A DNA stretch of 64,000 nucleotides, taken from Basidiobolus meristosporus CBS 931.73. Taxonomy: Eukaryota; Fungi; Basidiobolomycota. Made by a program: the position numbers and the translations under genes. The notes beneath the pieces were generated by a model. The model was given only the letters and a program-made list of their open reading frames with translations, ran no database searches and had not been told where the DNA came from. Below, piece after piece: positions 12,073 through 25,245 of the stretch. The stretch lies in assembly GCA_002104905.1 (NCBI GenBank), contig MCFE01000507.1:1075-65074 (forward strand), in the 5' to 3' direction. Positions within the stretch are counted from its first letter, which is position 1; the number at the start of each line of letters is the position of its first letter.

Positions 12073-14691
12073 AATGTGCCTTGTACTTGCTATAATAAAA
12101 GTGCCTCTGCCTTGTAGAAGGTCCCTTAATTCTGACTGGGAAGGTATCCAAAATACTTCTTATATGGAGCCTGTTGCTGAACACTCCAAGATATGGAAGT
12201 CTATTGGAGCTTCTGAGCCTAGTATTCCAAGCTTGCTCTAAGTCATTCATACCCTCTGCAAGGTGGCTCTACATTGCTGTCAGCTGGGAATGAAAGCTTC
12301 TTGGACATTTGTTGCAATGATGGTGGGATGAATCCTTGTAGGGCAATAGTTTTTGTAATTACCAAGAAGCTTAACAAGGGATCTCCTTGAGTAGATTAGG
12401 GTAGATGGTCCACAGTGCTTGGTATAGATCTCCTCTGATGTTTCAAAGAGAATCCATTGGTAGTGATGGGATTGATGAGAAAAGATCATTCAGATGGGTA
12501 AGTCATATTAAAGCTGGTAGGTGATAGTGCAAAGGTAATATTAACTGATTTGGCACAATCAGCTTTATATATCTGATTTTCCATGCATTTTGATAAAATC
12601 TCCATTAATTGCCATGTATCCCATCATTATGTTGCAAAAATCATCCTAAAACAATTACTTGGTGATTTCATTGATGCTTTACTCAAAAGTCTATAATCAA
12701 ATAGGAAACCTGCACTTGATGTGATTTGATCTGTATCAATGCAATCTAAGATGCATCATGCATTATATAGGGTGAACTTAACAATCATGTTAGTTTTCAT
12801 ATATATTGAATATAAGACCAGGTTAATGCAAATATACTACTGTATTAGTATCCAAATCTGTCACTATGGTCCTATACCAAGTCTCAGCTCATCTTTAGAA
12901 CAACCCAGACACAACCCATCTGCCAGCTCACAAGCACAGTCCAGACCAGCAAATTCAATGTTGGATCAGTTTGCGCTGTTGCCAAATGAGTTTAGTATGG
13001 TCCCAGTGTCTAGGATGAGCCTTCATACTGTTATTTGGGCACTACTCATTAATGTAGCTGAACTGGTTACCTCAGAGAGTTAAGAGAGATGGAAGAATTT
13101 GGTAGAAACCTGTGGCATGAGTTCTACATCAAGATGCCAGCAGATGTATATAAGAAGATATTTAGCAAGACAAGTATTAATATCATGAGTGAGCTGAGAG
13201 TGTGGGTATTTGATGAGGAAGCTGCACATGAACAATTCCATGCACAATTTGCTAAGTATGGACTGGATGAGTCCATTGGTGCCTCAACTTTTGGAACCAA
13301 CAAAATTTTGATTGTGTTTCTGCATCAAACAGCAATATATCATGTGATATATTGGTAGAGCTAAGTGGCTTCTAATAGCAACTTAAGCAGGGCTCATCCA
13401 GGCAACAGCTCTAAGGTATCAGACAGAGGGTAGGTGAATACCTTGAGGAATCATGAGGTGAGCATCAAGAGGAAGAATAGAGACTGCAAGTAACAGCATA
13501 AAGATCACACCAGCGCACCTCACTGGATTCCTTAACATTCCTTGCAACTTCAGTGGGCCTATACATGTCAGTCAAGTCTGCACAAACACCTTTCACAAGA
13601 GTGCCCTGCATTGTGTCAATGCACATTAGGTTGATGTGTGCACTTCAGAGCAAAACTATCAGAACTTGCCAAACTGCTCATTTAGACACAAGTCCATTGG
13701 AGCAGGCCAAGTAACATTAACAAGTAGCATCACATCAGACTCAGCCAAGGGCCATTCCCATGCATCAAGTTGCACCTGGGCATGGTATTACACCTGACCA
13801 TCAGCAAGTTACTTCTGGTATACTGAGAGATGATGACCCATATAAAGTGTATCCACCACCTAAGCATTTGGGAAGTAAAAAAATGTGTCAGCATGTAACA
13901 CTTCAGGCCAGTACAGAAACATCATCTGGAGCAATTCAGCATGGTCAAGCTGCCATATTGCACTCATCAACTTGGAGGCAAAATACTGACTACAAATACA
14001 CAAATAGCCAAGATGATAGTCAACAAGGAAGAAGTTAAGGTGTGCAAAGTGAATTGCTACCAAACACTCTAGTAGTAGTCCCTGTATAATAAAAAGCTTA
14101 GGAGAAGATGATGCAATTACAATGAAATGCTATTATTTGTCATGATCCAAACAACACGTTTTTTTGCAATCTCAATTAAGCCATTGCAAATGAGTAATCA
14201 CAAAATTTTTGATATAAGTTATATCACAGTTGTATTGCACTTGAGACAGAACCCCTATAAATAAACACCCTGCATACATATAGATGATCTGTAACACCTG
14301 TGGAGATATTGGATCTGTTTTGCACCTACCCAAACAGTTGCATGCTAGCTATGACACCTTGTCTAATCACTAGGATCAGTAATATATATGTATAAGTGTA
14401 GTTTATAGTGTGATATATGGTTATTACCAATTACCTTAAAGAAACATATCTATATACCAGATTTTCCCTACCATAGTAGTGGTATTCAATTTTTCACATG
14501 ATGGAAGCATTACTAGTTGGCACAATCATCCATGCCAATCTCATCAGGTCCAATTGTGCCATGGTGTGACCCACATAGGTCAAAATTATCAAGAGCAATC
14601 CTGCCTACTGGTAGCCACAATATCATGCCCAATTGCTTATATTGACCACAGATTGTGCTGTGCACCCTGGTATGGTACAATGGAACAAAGC
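12073..14691 (+). mobile_element. H element copy, left-truncated and decayed
   Basis: Colinear with ~41445-44207; degenerate right TIR at ~14681-14691. Confidence 0.88.
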
Positions 14692-14830
14692 AATTTGCTT
14701 GTCTACTACTACCATATATATTCCATACCTAGTTGGGATCAAAAAAACTATGGCTTCCTGCTTACTAACCTTACAATAAGTACACACCCACTGCAATTGA
14801 CACACTTCTATACCTATATTCACCTCACAC
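14692..14830 (-). mobile_element. CACTA-like fragment
   Basis: Similar to 2630-2760 (aaaaaaactatggc..ctgcaattgacacacttcta). Confidence 0.6.
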
Positions 14831-14963
14831 TAAACAAGGTGGGGTAGAAAATGGATACAATAGCAGCAGAGATCTATGCTTTCTGCTCTATGCTTGTAGT
14901 TTAGTTACTCAAATGCTGTCACAAGCTCCTTGCAAAAAAACTGACAAAGAATTTACATGGCAT

Positions 14964-15659
14964 TGCTGTAAAAATTTGCAAATTCACCTAAATACTACCA
15001 TAGCTTAGTCACTTACATCATTAACTACAAATCTTAGAGAATACAGACCAAATTCCTTGTTGGGACTTACTGACAATGTTTTCACTAAAATATCAGCTAC
15101 TCAAAATATGAATACTCTCAAAGTTGTCAAAACAGCACCAAACTTTGCACACATATTCTTGGGACCTTCTCAGATTTATTCTACAAGCTTGTTATGCCAA
15201 GACCATGTAAAAGTATAAATATTACTTATACACTTAATAAGTTATGAAGTGAAAACTACATAATCTACTTGTCCCCCAATCACTATCAGTATCTCTAGGA
15301 CTCTTACAACAGGTTATGAGCTCCAAGCTGTCACTCTCTGCAATGACTACTACTCCTATTACTGGAACTTTCCATCCACTGAGAAGTTGGATACTTCTAA
15401 CTACCAAGTGTGGAAGGTGAAGATGAAGATGCAGCTACAAGAAAGAGATCTTTGGAATATTGACATGGGAGTGGAATGCACCCCTAAAAATGAGTTAGAG
15501 GAGTTCTCAAAGTACCAGAAGAAAGTACTGCGTGCCTTCAACTACATTTGCCTTAATGGCAAAGACAAATTACAAAATCAATGCTCAAGAGAAAATATGG
15601 CAAAGAATGCCTGTAAGGCATTAGACAACACCTACCAGTCATGTTCAGTTGCTAAGAAT
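14964..15659 (+). mobile_element. Diverged copia 5' LTR (14964-15311), PBS and gag N-terminal part
   Basis: tgctgtaa..ttacaaca, PBS ggttatgagctc, NYQVWKVKMKMQL; cut by an H left end at 15660. Confidence 0.9.
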
Positions 15660-18550
15660 AGACTTGTTCCTTTGGATAGTGCCACAATGTGCCAGCCTTT
15701 TTATAGTGCCAGATTGATCTAGCACTTTATGGCACCATCTGGCACTATAATTTCTACCATAATGACAGTAGTAGGATATAGCTACTGGTAATTTTATTTA
15801 ATCTTACTTATGTTGCTCAGAATAGTGCTTTCCTTGTCTTATTTACTCCTCCTAATGCTCCAGACACATTTCTCTCAGTGGATGTCTTCTTGTATGAATA
15901 TACTGTGCATTGATAAGTATCTTAACTATTTTACCTATTCTGCTGTTTTCTCCTATAAATGACCTTCCTCTGTGTTTACCAGCCAATATGCTGAATCTCT
16001 TCAGATATCCAAATGTATGCTCTACCCTCACTCTGAAATGATTGAATATCTCATTGTAGAGCTTCAGCTTCCTGCTAATCACACCATTCCTTGGCTTCCT
16101 ATATGCTGTAATACATCCTACTCACTGACAATCCTCTCCTATGTAAGCCAAGTCTGCCATACATTTCTCCCCTCTACTGAATTGTGGATGATTTGCTACC
16201 CAGATTACTTTGACACACCTAGGTCCAGCAAATGGCCCACTAAACCAGATGCTGTTATCTTCAATGTCAGACAGTGCATGAAACTTCACACAATGTGCCT
16301 TGTACTTGCCAGAATAAAAGTGCCTCTGCCCTCTAAAAGGTCTGTTAATCCTGACAGGGAGAGTATCCAGAATACTCCTTATACAGAACCTGTTGCTAAG
16401 CACTTTGGGTAATGGAAGTCTACTGGAGCTTCTGAGCCTAGTATTCCAAGCTTGCTCTAAGTCATTCATACCCGCTGCAAGGTAGTTCTACATTGCTATC
16501 AGCTGAGAATGTAAGCTTCTTGGACTTTTGTTGCAATGGATGGTGGGATGAAGCCTTGTGGGGCTATAGTTGTTGTAATAGCAGAGAAGCTTGACAAGGG
16601 ATCTCCTTGAGTAGATTAGGGTCAATGGTCCACAGCACTTGGTATAGATCTCCTCTAATGTTTCAAAGAAAATCCAGTGGTAGTGATGGGATTGCTGAGA
16701 AAAGACCATTCAGATGAGTAAATCTTATTAAAATTGGTGGATGATTGGGCTGAGGTGAATTGAATTAACTTGGAAAAATCAGCTTTATATATCTGATTTT
16801 CCATGCATTTTGATTAAATCTTCATTAATTGCCACATATCCTATCATTATGTTGCAATAATTATCCTCAAATAATGACTCAGTATCTTTATTGATGCTTT
16901 ACCCACAAGTCTAAAATCAAGTAGGAAATATGCAATGATGGGATCCAACTCATGTCAATGCAATCCAAGATGCATGATGCATAATATATGGAAAACTCAA
17001 CAATCACATTAGTTTTCATATACATTTTATATAAGACCAGGTTGATGCCAATACACTACTTTATAAGTGTACAAATCTGTCACTATGATCCCTATAACAA
17101 GCCTCAGCTCATCTTTAGTACAACACAGACAAAACCCATTCTCAAGCTCATAACCACAGTCTGGGCTGGAGAAGTCTATGCTGGATCTGTTTGAGTTCTT
17201 GCCAAATAATTTTAGTATGGCCCAAGTGTCCTTGATGAGCTGTCCTACAGATATTTAGGCACTACTCATTAATCTAGCAGAACTAGATACCTCAGAGAGT
17301 TGACAGAGATGGAAGAATTTGGGTGGAAAGTATTAGTAGAGCTAAGTGGCTTCTAAGAGCAATATACACAGGACTCATCCAGACAACAGTTCTGAAGTAT
17401 CAGCCAGAGGGTAAATGAATACCTTGAGGAATTAGAAGGTCAGTATCAAGAGGAAGAATACAGACCACAAGTAACAGCTTCTAGACTGTGCCAGCATGTC
17501 TTGCTGGATTCCTTATAATCCCTTAAAACTTCAGCACACCCACACATGTCAGTCCAAACTACACCAACACCCTTCACAAGAGCACCCTGTATTGAGTTGA
17601 TGCATGTTGGGTTAATGCACATGCTTCAAGCAAAACCACCAGAACTTGCCAAACTGCTCATTGAGACATAAGTCCATTGGAGCGGGCCAAGTGGCATCAA
17701 CAAGTGGCATTACATCAAACTCAGCCATGGGCCATGCCTGCACATCAAGTCATGCCTGAGCATGCCATTACACCTGACCATAAGCAAATTTCTTCTGGTG
17801 AACTGACTAATGATAACCCACATGAAGTGCCTTCACCATCAGTGCCTTTGGCAAGTAAAAGAATGTGTTGTCATGCAGCACAGCATGCCGGCTCAGTAGC
17901 ATCATCAGGAGGAATTAAGCACAGCCAAGCTGCAGCATTGCACTCATCAACTAGGAGGAATAATACTGACTACAAATACACAAGTAGCCAAGATAGAAGT
18001 CAACAAGGAAGTAGTTTGGATGTTCAAAGTGAAATACCACCAAATGCTTCTGTAGTAATCCCTGTGAGAAAAAATATAGGTGAAGATGATGCAATTGCAC
18101 TGAATTGTTATTATTTGTCATGATGCAAACAACACATTTTTTTTCCAATCCAAATTGAGCAATTGCAAATCAGTAATTACTAAACTTATGATAGAAGCAA
18201 TATCAAGGTTTTCTCACATTTGAGACAGAACCCCCATAAATAAACACCCTGAATATACATATATCATGTATTACTGCAGTACTGCCATTTGATCTGTTTT
18301 GCACCTATTTGATTGATTATGTGCTAGATATGACACCTTGTCCAATCACTAGGATCAAGAATTTACTTGCTCATTGGGCAAAATGGGATATCTGAAGGCA
18401 AATCAGGTAGCTTGTGTATTGGTCAAAGAGCCAATTGGGGGCTGACAGCTTCAGGATACTATTGAACCAATTAACTGCTAAGATACAATCCAATTAGAGT
18501 GATGGTTAGATGTATTGGAAATGATCAGGAGACAAGTAGAGTATATGCTT
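15660..18550 (+). mobile_element. H element copy, right-truncated and decayed
   Basis: Starts agacttgttcc after aat; transposase remnants at 15852-16760 (-) and ORF2 remnants on +. Confidence 0.9.
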
Positions 18551-18600
18551 ACACTTAATAACTTATAAATGTAAATATAGTGTTTTATCAATTTAATTTT

Positions 18601-21600
18601 AGTACAACACAGACAAAATGCATCCCCCAGCTCACAAGCCATGTTTGGACCAGCAAATTCAACATTGGATTGGTTTGAGCTCTTCCCAAATGATTTTAGT
18701 TTGGCACAAGTGTCTTGGATGAGCTCTTATATGGGTATTTGGGCCCTACTCACTAGTCTAGCAGAACTGGATACCTCAGAGAGTGAACAGAGATGGAAGA
18801 ACTTGAGTAGACAGCTGTGGCATGCGTTCTTCAACATGATGTCAGCAGATGTATATAAGAAGATGTATAACAAGACAGGTATTAAGATCAAGAATGAGCT
18901 TAGAGTGAGGATATTTGAGGAGGAAGCCGCATGTGAACAATTTTGCATGCAATTGGCACAGTATGGACCGGACATGGCCATTTGTGCCTCAAACTTGGGA
19001 ACCAAAGAGATTTGAATGAATTTTTACCTCAATTGACTAATGTATTACTTGATATACTAGTAGAGCTGAGTGTCTCCTAGGAGCAATATTCACAGGATTC
19101 ATCCAGGCAACAATTTTAAAGTATCAGACATAGTGCAAGTAGATACTCTGAGGAATCAAGAGGCAAGCTTCAAGAGGAAGAACACAGACTGCACACAACC
19201 GCATCTAGATCACATCAGCACACCTCACAAGATTTCTTACCATCCCTTGCAACTTCAACATGCCAGCACAAATCAGTCCACTCTGCACAAACACCTCTCA
19301 CAAGTGCACCCCTACATTCAGTCAATGGGTACTTCAGTGCAAAACTACTAGAACTTGCCAAGCTGCTCATTTAGATACAAGTTGATGGGAGCAGGCTGAG
19401 TTGTGTCAACCAGTGGCATCCCATTGAACTCAGCCAAGGGCCATGTCAATGCACCAAGTTGCGCCTGAGCATGCAGTTACACCTCACCATCAGTAAGTTA
19501 CTTCTGGTAAACAGACTGATAATGACCCACATGAAGTTGTTACAATTCTTGGTATAAGAGTTGTACAGAAATAGGGAGTTTAGCCAATATTGTATTCACT
19601 AAAACTTGAACTGATCTCTATTGAGATTCCAGCAGCTCCTTATATACATTTTGCCAGATCAATTGCTAACTAATTGTAATTCCTAATATAGGCTGTGGCT
19701 GATGACTCATTTGATTGCATTATCATCACCCAATAAGATCCTACCTAATATATCTATTTTGGTCTGATAAAGATCTGCTGATTCATTTGCTGACTAATAC
19801 TACTGATTTGATAGATAGTACTGATAATCTGATAACCTAATCATATAACTAATTGATTTGACTAAAAACTGATCTAACTTAAACATTCAAGCAGCAGATC
19901 ACAACATTCTCCCCTGCTAAAGTTGGGAGGGTTCTCCTGAATCTCTTTTCTGGTGATACCAATATCTTGATGGCTCAGTATTATCAGCAAGTCTTGCAAG
20001 CTTGAGTGTGTCCTTATGCACTAAGTCTTCCCAGATATTGCCTTGTTTGTCCACTAGTTGGTAAGTTGCAAATGACATTCTCTGATGATCTTGAATGGTC
20101 CTTTCCATTGTGGCTCAAACTTATTCTGAGTGTTGTTTCTTAGCAATACAAAGTTCCCAACTCTTAATGCTTCAGGTGCTATAGTCTTATACAATCTCTG
20201 CTTCATCTTTTCTGCGTTTTAAAATACTTTGGTCTGTGCCTCTTGACATCTTTGTTCCAGCTGCTGGTGTCTACTTGGCTGACTGAGTTTGTCTTCTAAG
20301 GTGTCTGTAAGCTTTGGTTGTGTGAGATCTCCTGGAATCCTTGGTTCATATCCATATACTAAGTAAAATGGCAATTGCAGGGTGGTGTTGGACTCTGCAC
20401 GCAAAGAGTGCTTGGTCTAAATACTCATCCCACCTACTGATAACTCCATTTGCATATTTGGTCAGCATTTTTCCAAATAATCCATTAAACCATTCAGTGA
20501 CTCCATTAGTTCTGGGGTGATATACCAAGGTTTTCAAGTGTTTGATCTGCTGCATTTCCAGGTAAACTTGCAATGTCTTTGCCATAAAGTTTGCAACTCT
20601 ATTGGATAGAATCTCTACAGGGCCTCCAAACTTCATAAGGATCTCATGGTAGATGAAACTTGCAACTTCTTGTTCACTGGCTATAGGTACAGCTTTAGCC
20701 ACTGGCCATTTAGTGGCATGGTCAATTGCTACTAGGATCCAACAGTTGCATTTCCCGGTAGTTGGCAGTCTTCCAATAAAGTATATTCCCCATCTTTCAA
20801 ATGGTCTTACAGGCTCCAAGGGAAAGAGTTCAGCAATTCTCTGTGGTTGGCCTTGGTTGATTTGGCAAATTGGGCATGTTTTCACCAGCTTCTCAATGTC
20901 ATGTTTCATTCTGGGCCACCATGCTCTGGCTTTCATAAGGCTGTGGGTTCCTTCAATCCCAAGATGTCCATATCCATTGTGTAGCTTATTTATTAAATCC
21001 AGGCAAGAAACATAGGGGCAATAGGCAATAGGGCTTCCATCAACAATTTGGTAGAGTGTTTCATCCTGTACTACAAATTTGCTGGCTTCATCCCGGATTA
21101 TCTTCTTGATATCTTCATCCCCCTCATTAGGAATGACTTGGTCCTCCAAGTACTCTGGTAATAGGCTAGGCCAATCTGATTCACACATCAAGTTGAGTTG
21201 TGCAACTTGATCTAATCTTGATGAGGCATCAGCAACTGTGTTGTTTTTTCCAGGGCAGTAGACAATCTCCAAGTCAAGGTACTGAATGTATTCACTCCTT
21301 CTTGTCATTCTTCTGGAGAGTACCTTATGAGTAAATATATACTTGAGGGAGGCATGATCAGTCTTTACAGTGCATTTGACTCCTTCAATGTAGCATCTCC
21401 ATGTCTTCAAACAGAATATTATAGCAAGCATCACCTTCTCATGCACTGGATAGTTTTGTACTGCTGAGTTCAGTTTCTTGGATTCAAAGGTACTAGGGTG
21501 GTTCTTTCCTTTGTATTCTTGGCTCAACACTCCACCAATTGCATAATCTGAAGCATCTGTGCACAGAGTAAACTATTTTCTGAAGTCAGGTATTGTTAAG

Positions 21601-24600
21601 TTTGGCAGCTTAGCAAGTTCATTCTTGAACATCTGGAAGGCAGTGTCACAAGCTATGACCCACTTGTAGGTATTGTCTTTCTTGAGGATATCAGTTAAAG
21701 GGGCTGCAATACTTGCAAAGGACTTGATAAATCTTCAATAATTGGAAACCATTCCAAAGAATAATCTGAGCTCTGATATACTACGGGGCTGCTACAGATT
21801 CTTGATAACTTCAACCTTCTTAGTGTCTAAGGTTACTCCTGTGCTAGTCACTATTTGTCCCAGATATTCAATGTGTTCCTTGAAGAATTCACACTTGGGT
21901 AGTTTGCCATAAAGATTGTTCTCTCTTAACTTGTTCAAGACCTGAGCAATGTGAACCAAGTGATCCTCTTCTGTCTTGCTGTATATTAATATATCATCTA
22001 GGTAGATTATGACAAACTTGTCTAAGTACTCCTGGAAGACAGTCTGCATCAGGGTCATGAATGTTGCAGGGGCATTAGTGAGGCCAAAACTCATGACTAA
22101 GTACTTGTAATGTCCATATCTGATCCTGAATGCTGTCCTAGGGATGCCTTCTGGCTTCACCCTAATTTGGTTGTATCCTGACATGAGGTCAATCTTGCTG
22201 AAAATAGTGGCTCCATTGAGTTGGTCCAAGAGCTCATCAATCCAAGGTATGGGGTACTTATTTTTCATGGTAACTGAGTTGAGGGCTCCATAGTCAATGC
22301 ACATCCTAAGGGTTCCATCCTTCTTCTATACAAGAAGTACTGGTGCTCCCCAAGGTGACTTGCTGGGTCTGATATATCCTTGCTCCAGTAACTGATCTAT
22401 TTGTCTCTTCATCTCTTCCAACTCCAATGGACTCATTCTGTAGGGTGTCTTACTCACTGAAGGGCTATCTCCTGTTTCAGTAGCATGATCCATGTCTCTG
22501 ACAGGTGGTAGGCTTACAAGCTCTTCTGGAAATACGTCTGAATACTCCTTCAAAAGATTCTGGACCTTCTGGGGTACTTGTGTAGAGGAATCCTCCTGTA
22601 ATACTGCCATGAGGAACATCTGGGTGCCTTTTCTTAGTGCTCTAAAGAACTGTGTCTTGCTAATCTCACTTGGTTCACACACATTGGAATTGACCAAGTT
22701 AAAATCCAGTCTGGCAGGTAATAGCTCATAGGCCTTGTTGTCCTTCTGGATCTGAGTAGCATGGGTTCTCTAGTTGATTGATGGATTACAACAAAATAGC
22801 CAGGTTTTCCCAAGTACAAGGTCAACTTGCAGTTCCCAAATATATAGGCCTGTAGATCTTCTTCATAGTCATTGATCTTCATCCTTACTGGCTGGGTAGT
22901 ATGGTTGATTATGTGACAGTTCCCATCAGCTGTTGAGACTCAAGTTGATTTGGTGGGTTCCAAGTTAATTTTAGCTTTCAAAGCAAATTGATCTGACATG
23001 TACTCATGTGATGCTCCTGAGTCAATCATGATCTTGTCAGGTACTCCATTGATTACTTCATTCAAGTATAACAGCTTTCCTGAGTTTGAGGTCATCTGGG
23101 ATAGGTATTCCTCTGTCATATGGAAGGTGAGTTGTAAGTCTTCTTCAAGTTCATCCTCCATGTTACTATGCTCCATGGCCCCAATATGGTTAAAGGTTCT
23201 TGATGGCTGGTGTCCATTTCTTCTCTGAGGGCAGTACCTTGCAATATGTCCTTGTTGGTGGCAATTGAGGCAAAGTCCTTTCTTCTTACATTCTTCTGAG
23301 GTAGGATTCTTCTGCATAGCATCTATTTCCACTGGCACCGCTTCTGATTGTTTTCTTTTATAGTGAGTGTAGCCTCACTGATTAGTCATTGTGGGCTTCC
23401 CAAATCCAAACATAGCTGAGTCATATTCAATGGCAATCTTGATGGCTTCTTCAATAGTCTGAGGTCTTTGATAATTCACTTCCTTACAAGTTCTTTCTTT
23501 CAACCCATCGATAAAGTATTCAACTTGATCCAGTGGATCCATTCTTTCAATTTGCCCAAGTAGACCTCTATATTCATAGATGTGCTCATGGACCATTCCT
23601 TTCTGAGTGTCTTCAGCTTTCTTCTTAGTAGTGTCTGTTAGTGTGGAGGCTCAAAGGCATCCTGAATTTCTGGCAGAAACTCATCCAAGGTAGAGATTGT
23701 AGAGCATCCCATCATGGTGGCTGACCTGGTCTTGTTGGGGGTACCACTGTAAAGCTGTGTCTGCCAGGTAAGAGGCTGCATAATGTAGCTTGCTTTCTGG
23801 AGCAATTCCTTTAGCCTTGAAAGCTTCTTCCATCTGGAAGAGCCAAGTTCCCAGGTTCTCATTGACTCTACCATGGTACCGGTTGACCTTCACACCAAAG
23901 TTGCTCTTGACAGGGTTTTGCTGGCTTTGGACCATGGTAGTCCTACCTTGTTGCTGCTGGCTAAGGATCTGGAGTAACTGTTACTGCTGGCCAGGATTTG
24001 TTGCATAGCATTTGGCCATTCTTGATGTTTGGACAACTTGAGGGAGGCTTCTTCTTTCTTCAGGAGGGATGTTTCTGGTTATCACTGCTACCAGTGTTAC
24101 AAGTCTTTGTATAAGAGTTGCTGAAAAAATACGGAGTTTAGCTAGTATTGTATTCACTAAAACTTGAACCAATCTTTACTGAGATTCCAGCAGCTCCTTA
24201 TAAACATTTTGCCAGATCAATTGCTGACTAATTGTATTTCCTAATGTCGGCTGTGGCTGATGACTCATTTGAATGCATCATCATCACCCAATAAGATCCT
24301 ACCTAATATATCTATTACTGTCTGATAAGGATCTGCTGATTCATTTGCTGACTAATGCTACTGATTTGATAGATAACACTGGTATACTGATAACCTAAAA
24401 TATAACTAATTGATTTGACTAAAAACTGATCTGACTTAAACATTCAAGCAGCAGATCACAACAAAGTTCCTTCACTACCAGAGCCTTTGGCAAGTAAAAG
24501 AACACATCAGTGTGTGGCACTTCAAGCTGGCTCAGTAACATTCTCTGGAGCAATCCAGTGCAGCCACACTGCAACATTGCACTTGTCAACTAGGAGGAAA

Positions 24601-24840
24601 AATACTGACCAAAAATACACAAGTAGCCAAGATTGTAGTCAAAAACAAAGTAGTTTAGTTGTGCACAGTGAACTACTACCAAATGCTTAAGTGGTAATTC
24701 CTGTGAGAAAAAAACCCAGGCAAAGATGATGCAATTGCATTGAATTGCTATTAGTCATTATAATCCAAATAACACATTTTTTTGCAATCCAAGTTGAGCC
24801 CTTACAAATCAGTGATCACTAAATTTTTGATATAGGTAAT
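18601..24840 (+). mobile_element. H element ORF2-region fragment interrupted by gypsy A1 (18601-19537 and 24464-24840)
   Basis: catgaagt | gypsy | aagttccttcac rejoins to the H sequence catgaagtgcc. Confidence 0.85.
19538..24463 (-). mobile_element. Ty3/gypsy family A, full length (4926 bp), decayed
   Basis: LTRs 19538-19906 and 24095-24463 (369 bp each); PBS tggtagcag at ~24082-24093; PPT agcaggggagaa; gag, CLNCHQQGHIARYC, MIDSGAS, YLDD RT, RNase H, HHCC+DDE integrase; 4-bp TSD aagt. Confidence 0.95.
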
Positions 24841-25005
24841 AGACTTGTTCCATTGTACTGTGCCAGGGCACATGGTACAATCTACAGTCTCTAATAAAAT
24901 TTAGGCACATCATTATAACTACCGGTAGGCAGGATTGCTCTTGGACAATGTTGCGCCATGTAGGATGTTCTTACACACTATGGCACAATCTGACATGATA
25001 ACACT
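24841..25005 (-). mobile_element. H right-end fragment nested in an H copy
   Basis: aat | agacttgttccattgtactgtgccagggc is the reverse complement of the right end. Confidence 0.85.
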
Positions 25006-25009
25006 CTCA

Positions 25010-25245
25010 CAACACCATGTAGCTAATCAAAGATAAAATCTTTGGCTCTGGACATCAGGGCTGATACCATGCTCTGAAAGCTGCCTGTCAGCCTCTTCAG
25101 GATGGTAACCATCATATCCCCACCAATTGTTAGTATACCTGGAGATCCCACCTGTGCACTAGCAGGGTAATTCAGTCAATTAGATTTTTCATTTCTTCTT
25201 TGGGCAGCCTCCTGGCAGTAAAGAATTTTGTCAAAGATACCTATT
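25010..25245 (-). pseudogene. gag: Copia gag middle fragment
   Basis: The minus strand encodes KFFT..EEMKNLID*ITLL..LVSALMSR, matching gag KFFTTKMLPGEEMKNLINRITLL. Confidence 0.8.

Noticed and set aside
19917-20108. Chromodomain at the gypsy A integrase C-terminus
   Set aside because: The frame ends at the PPT and I see no chromodomain motif.
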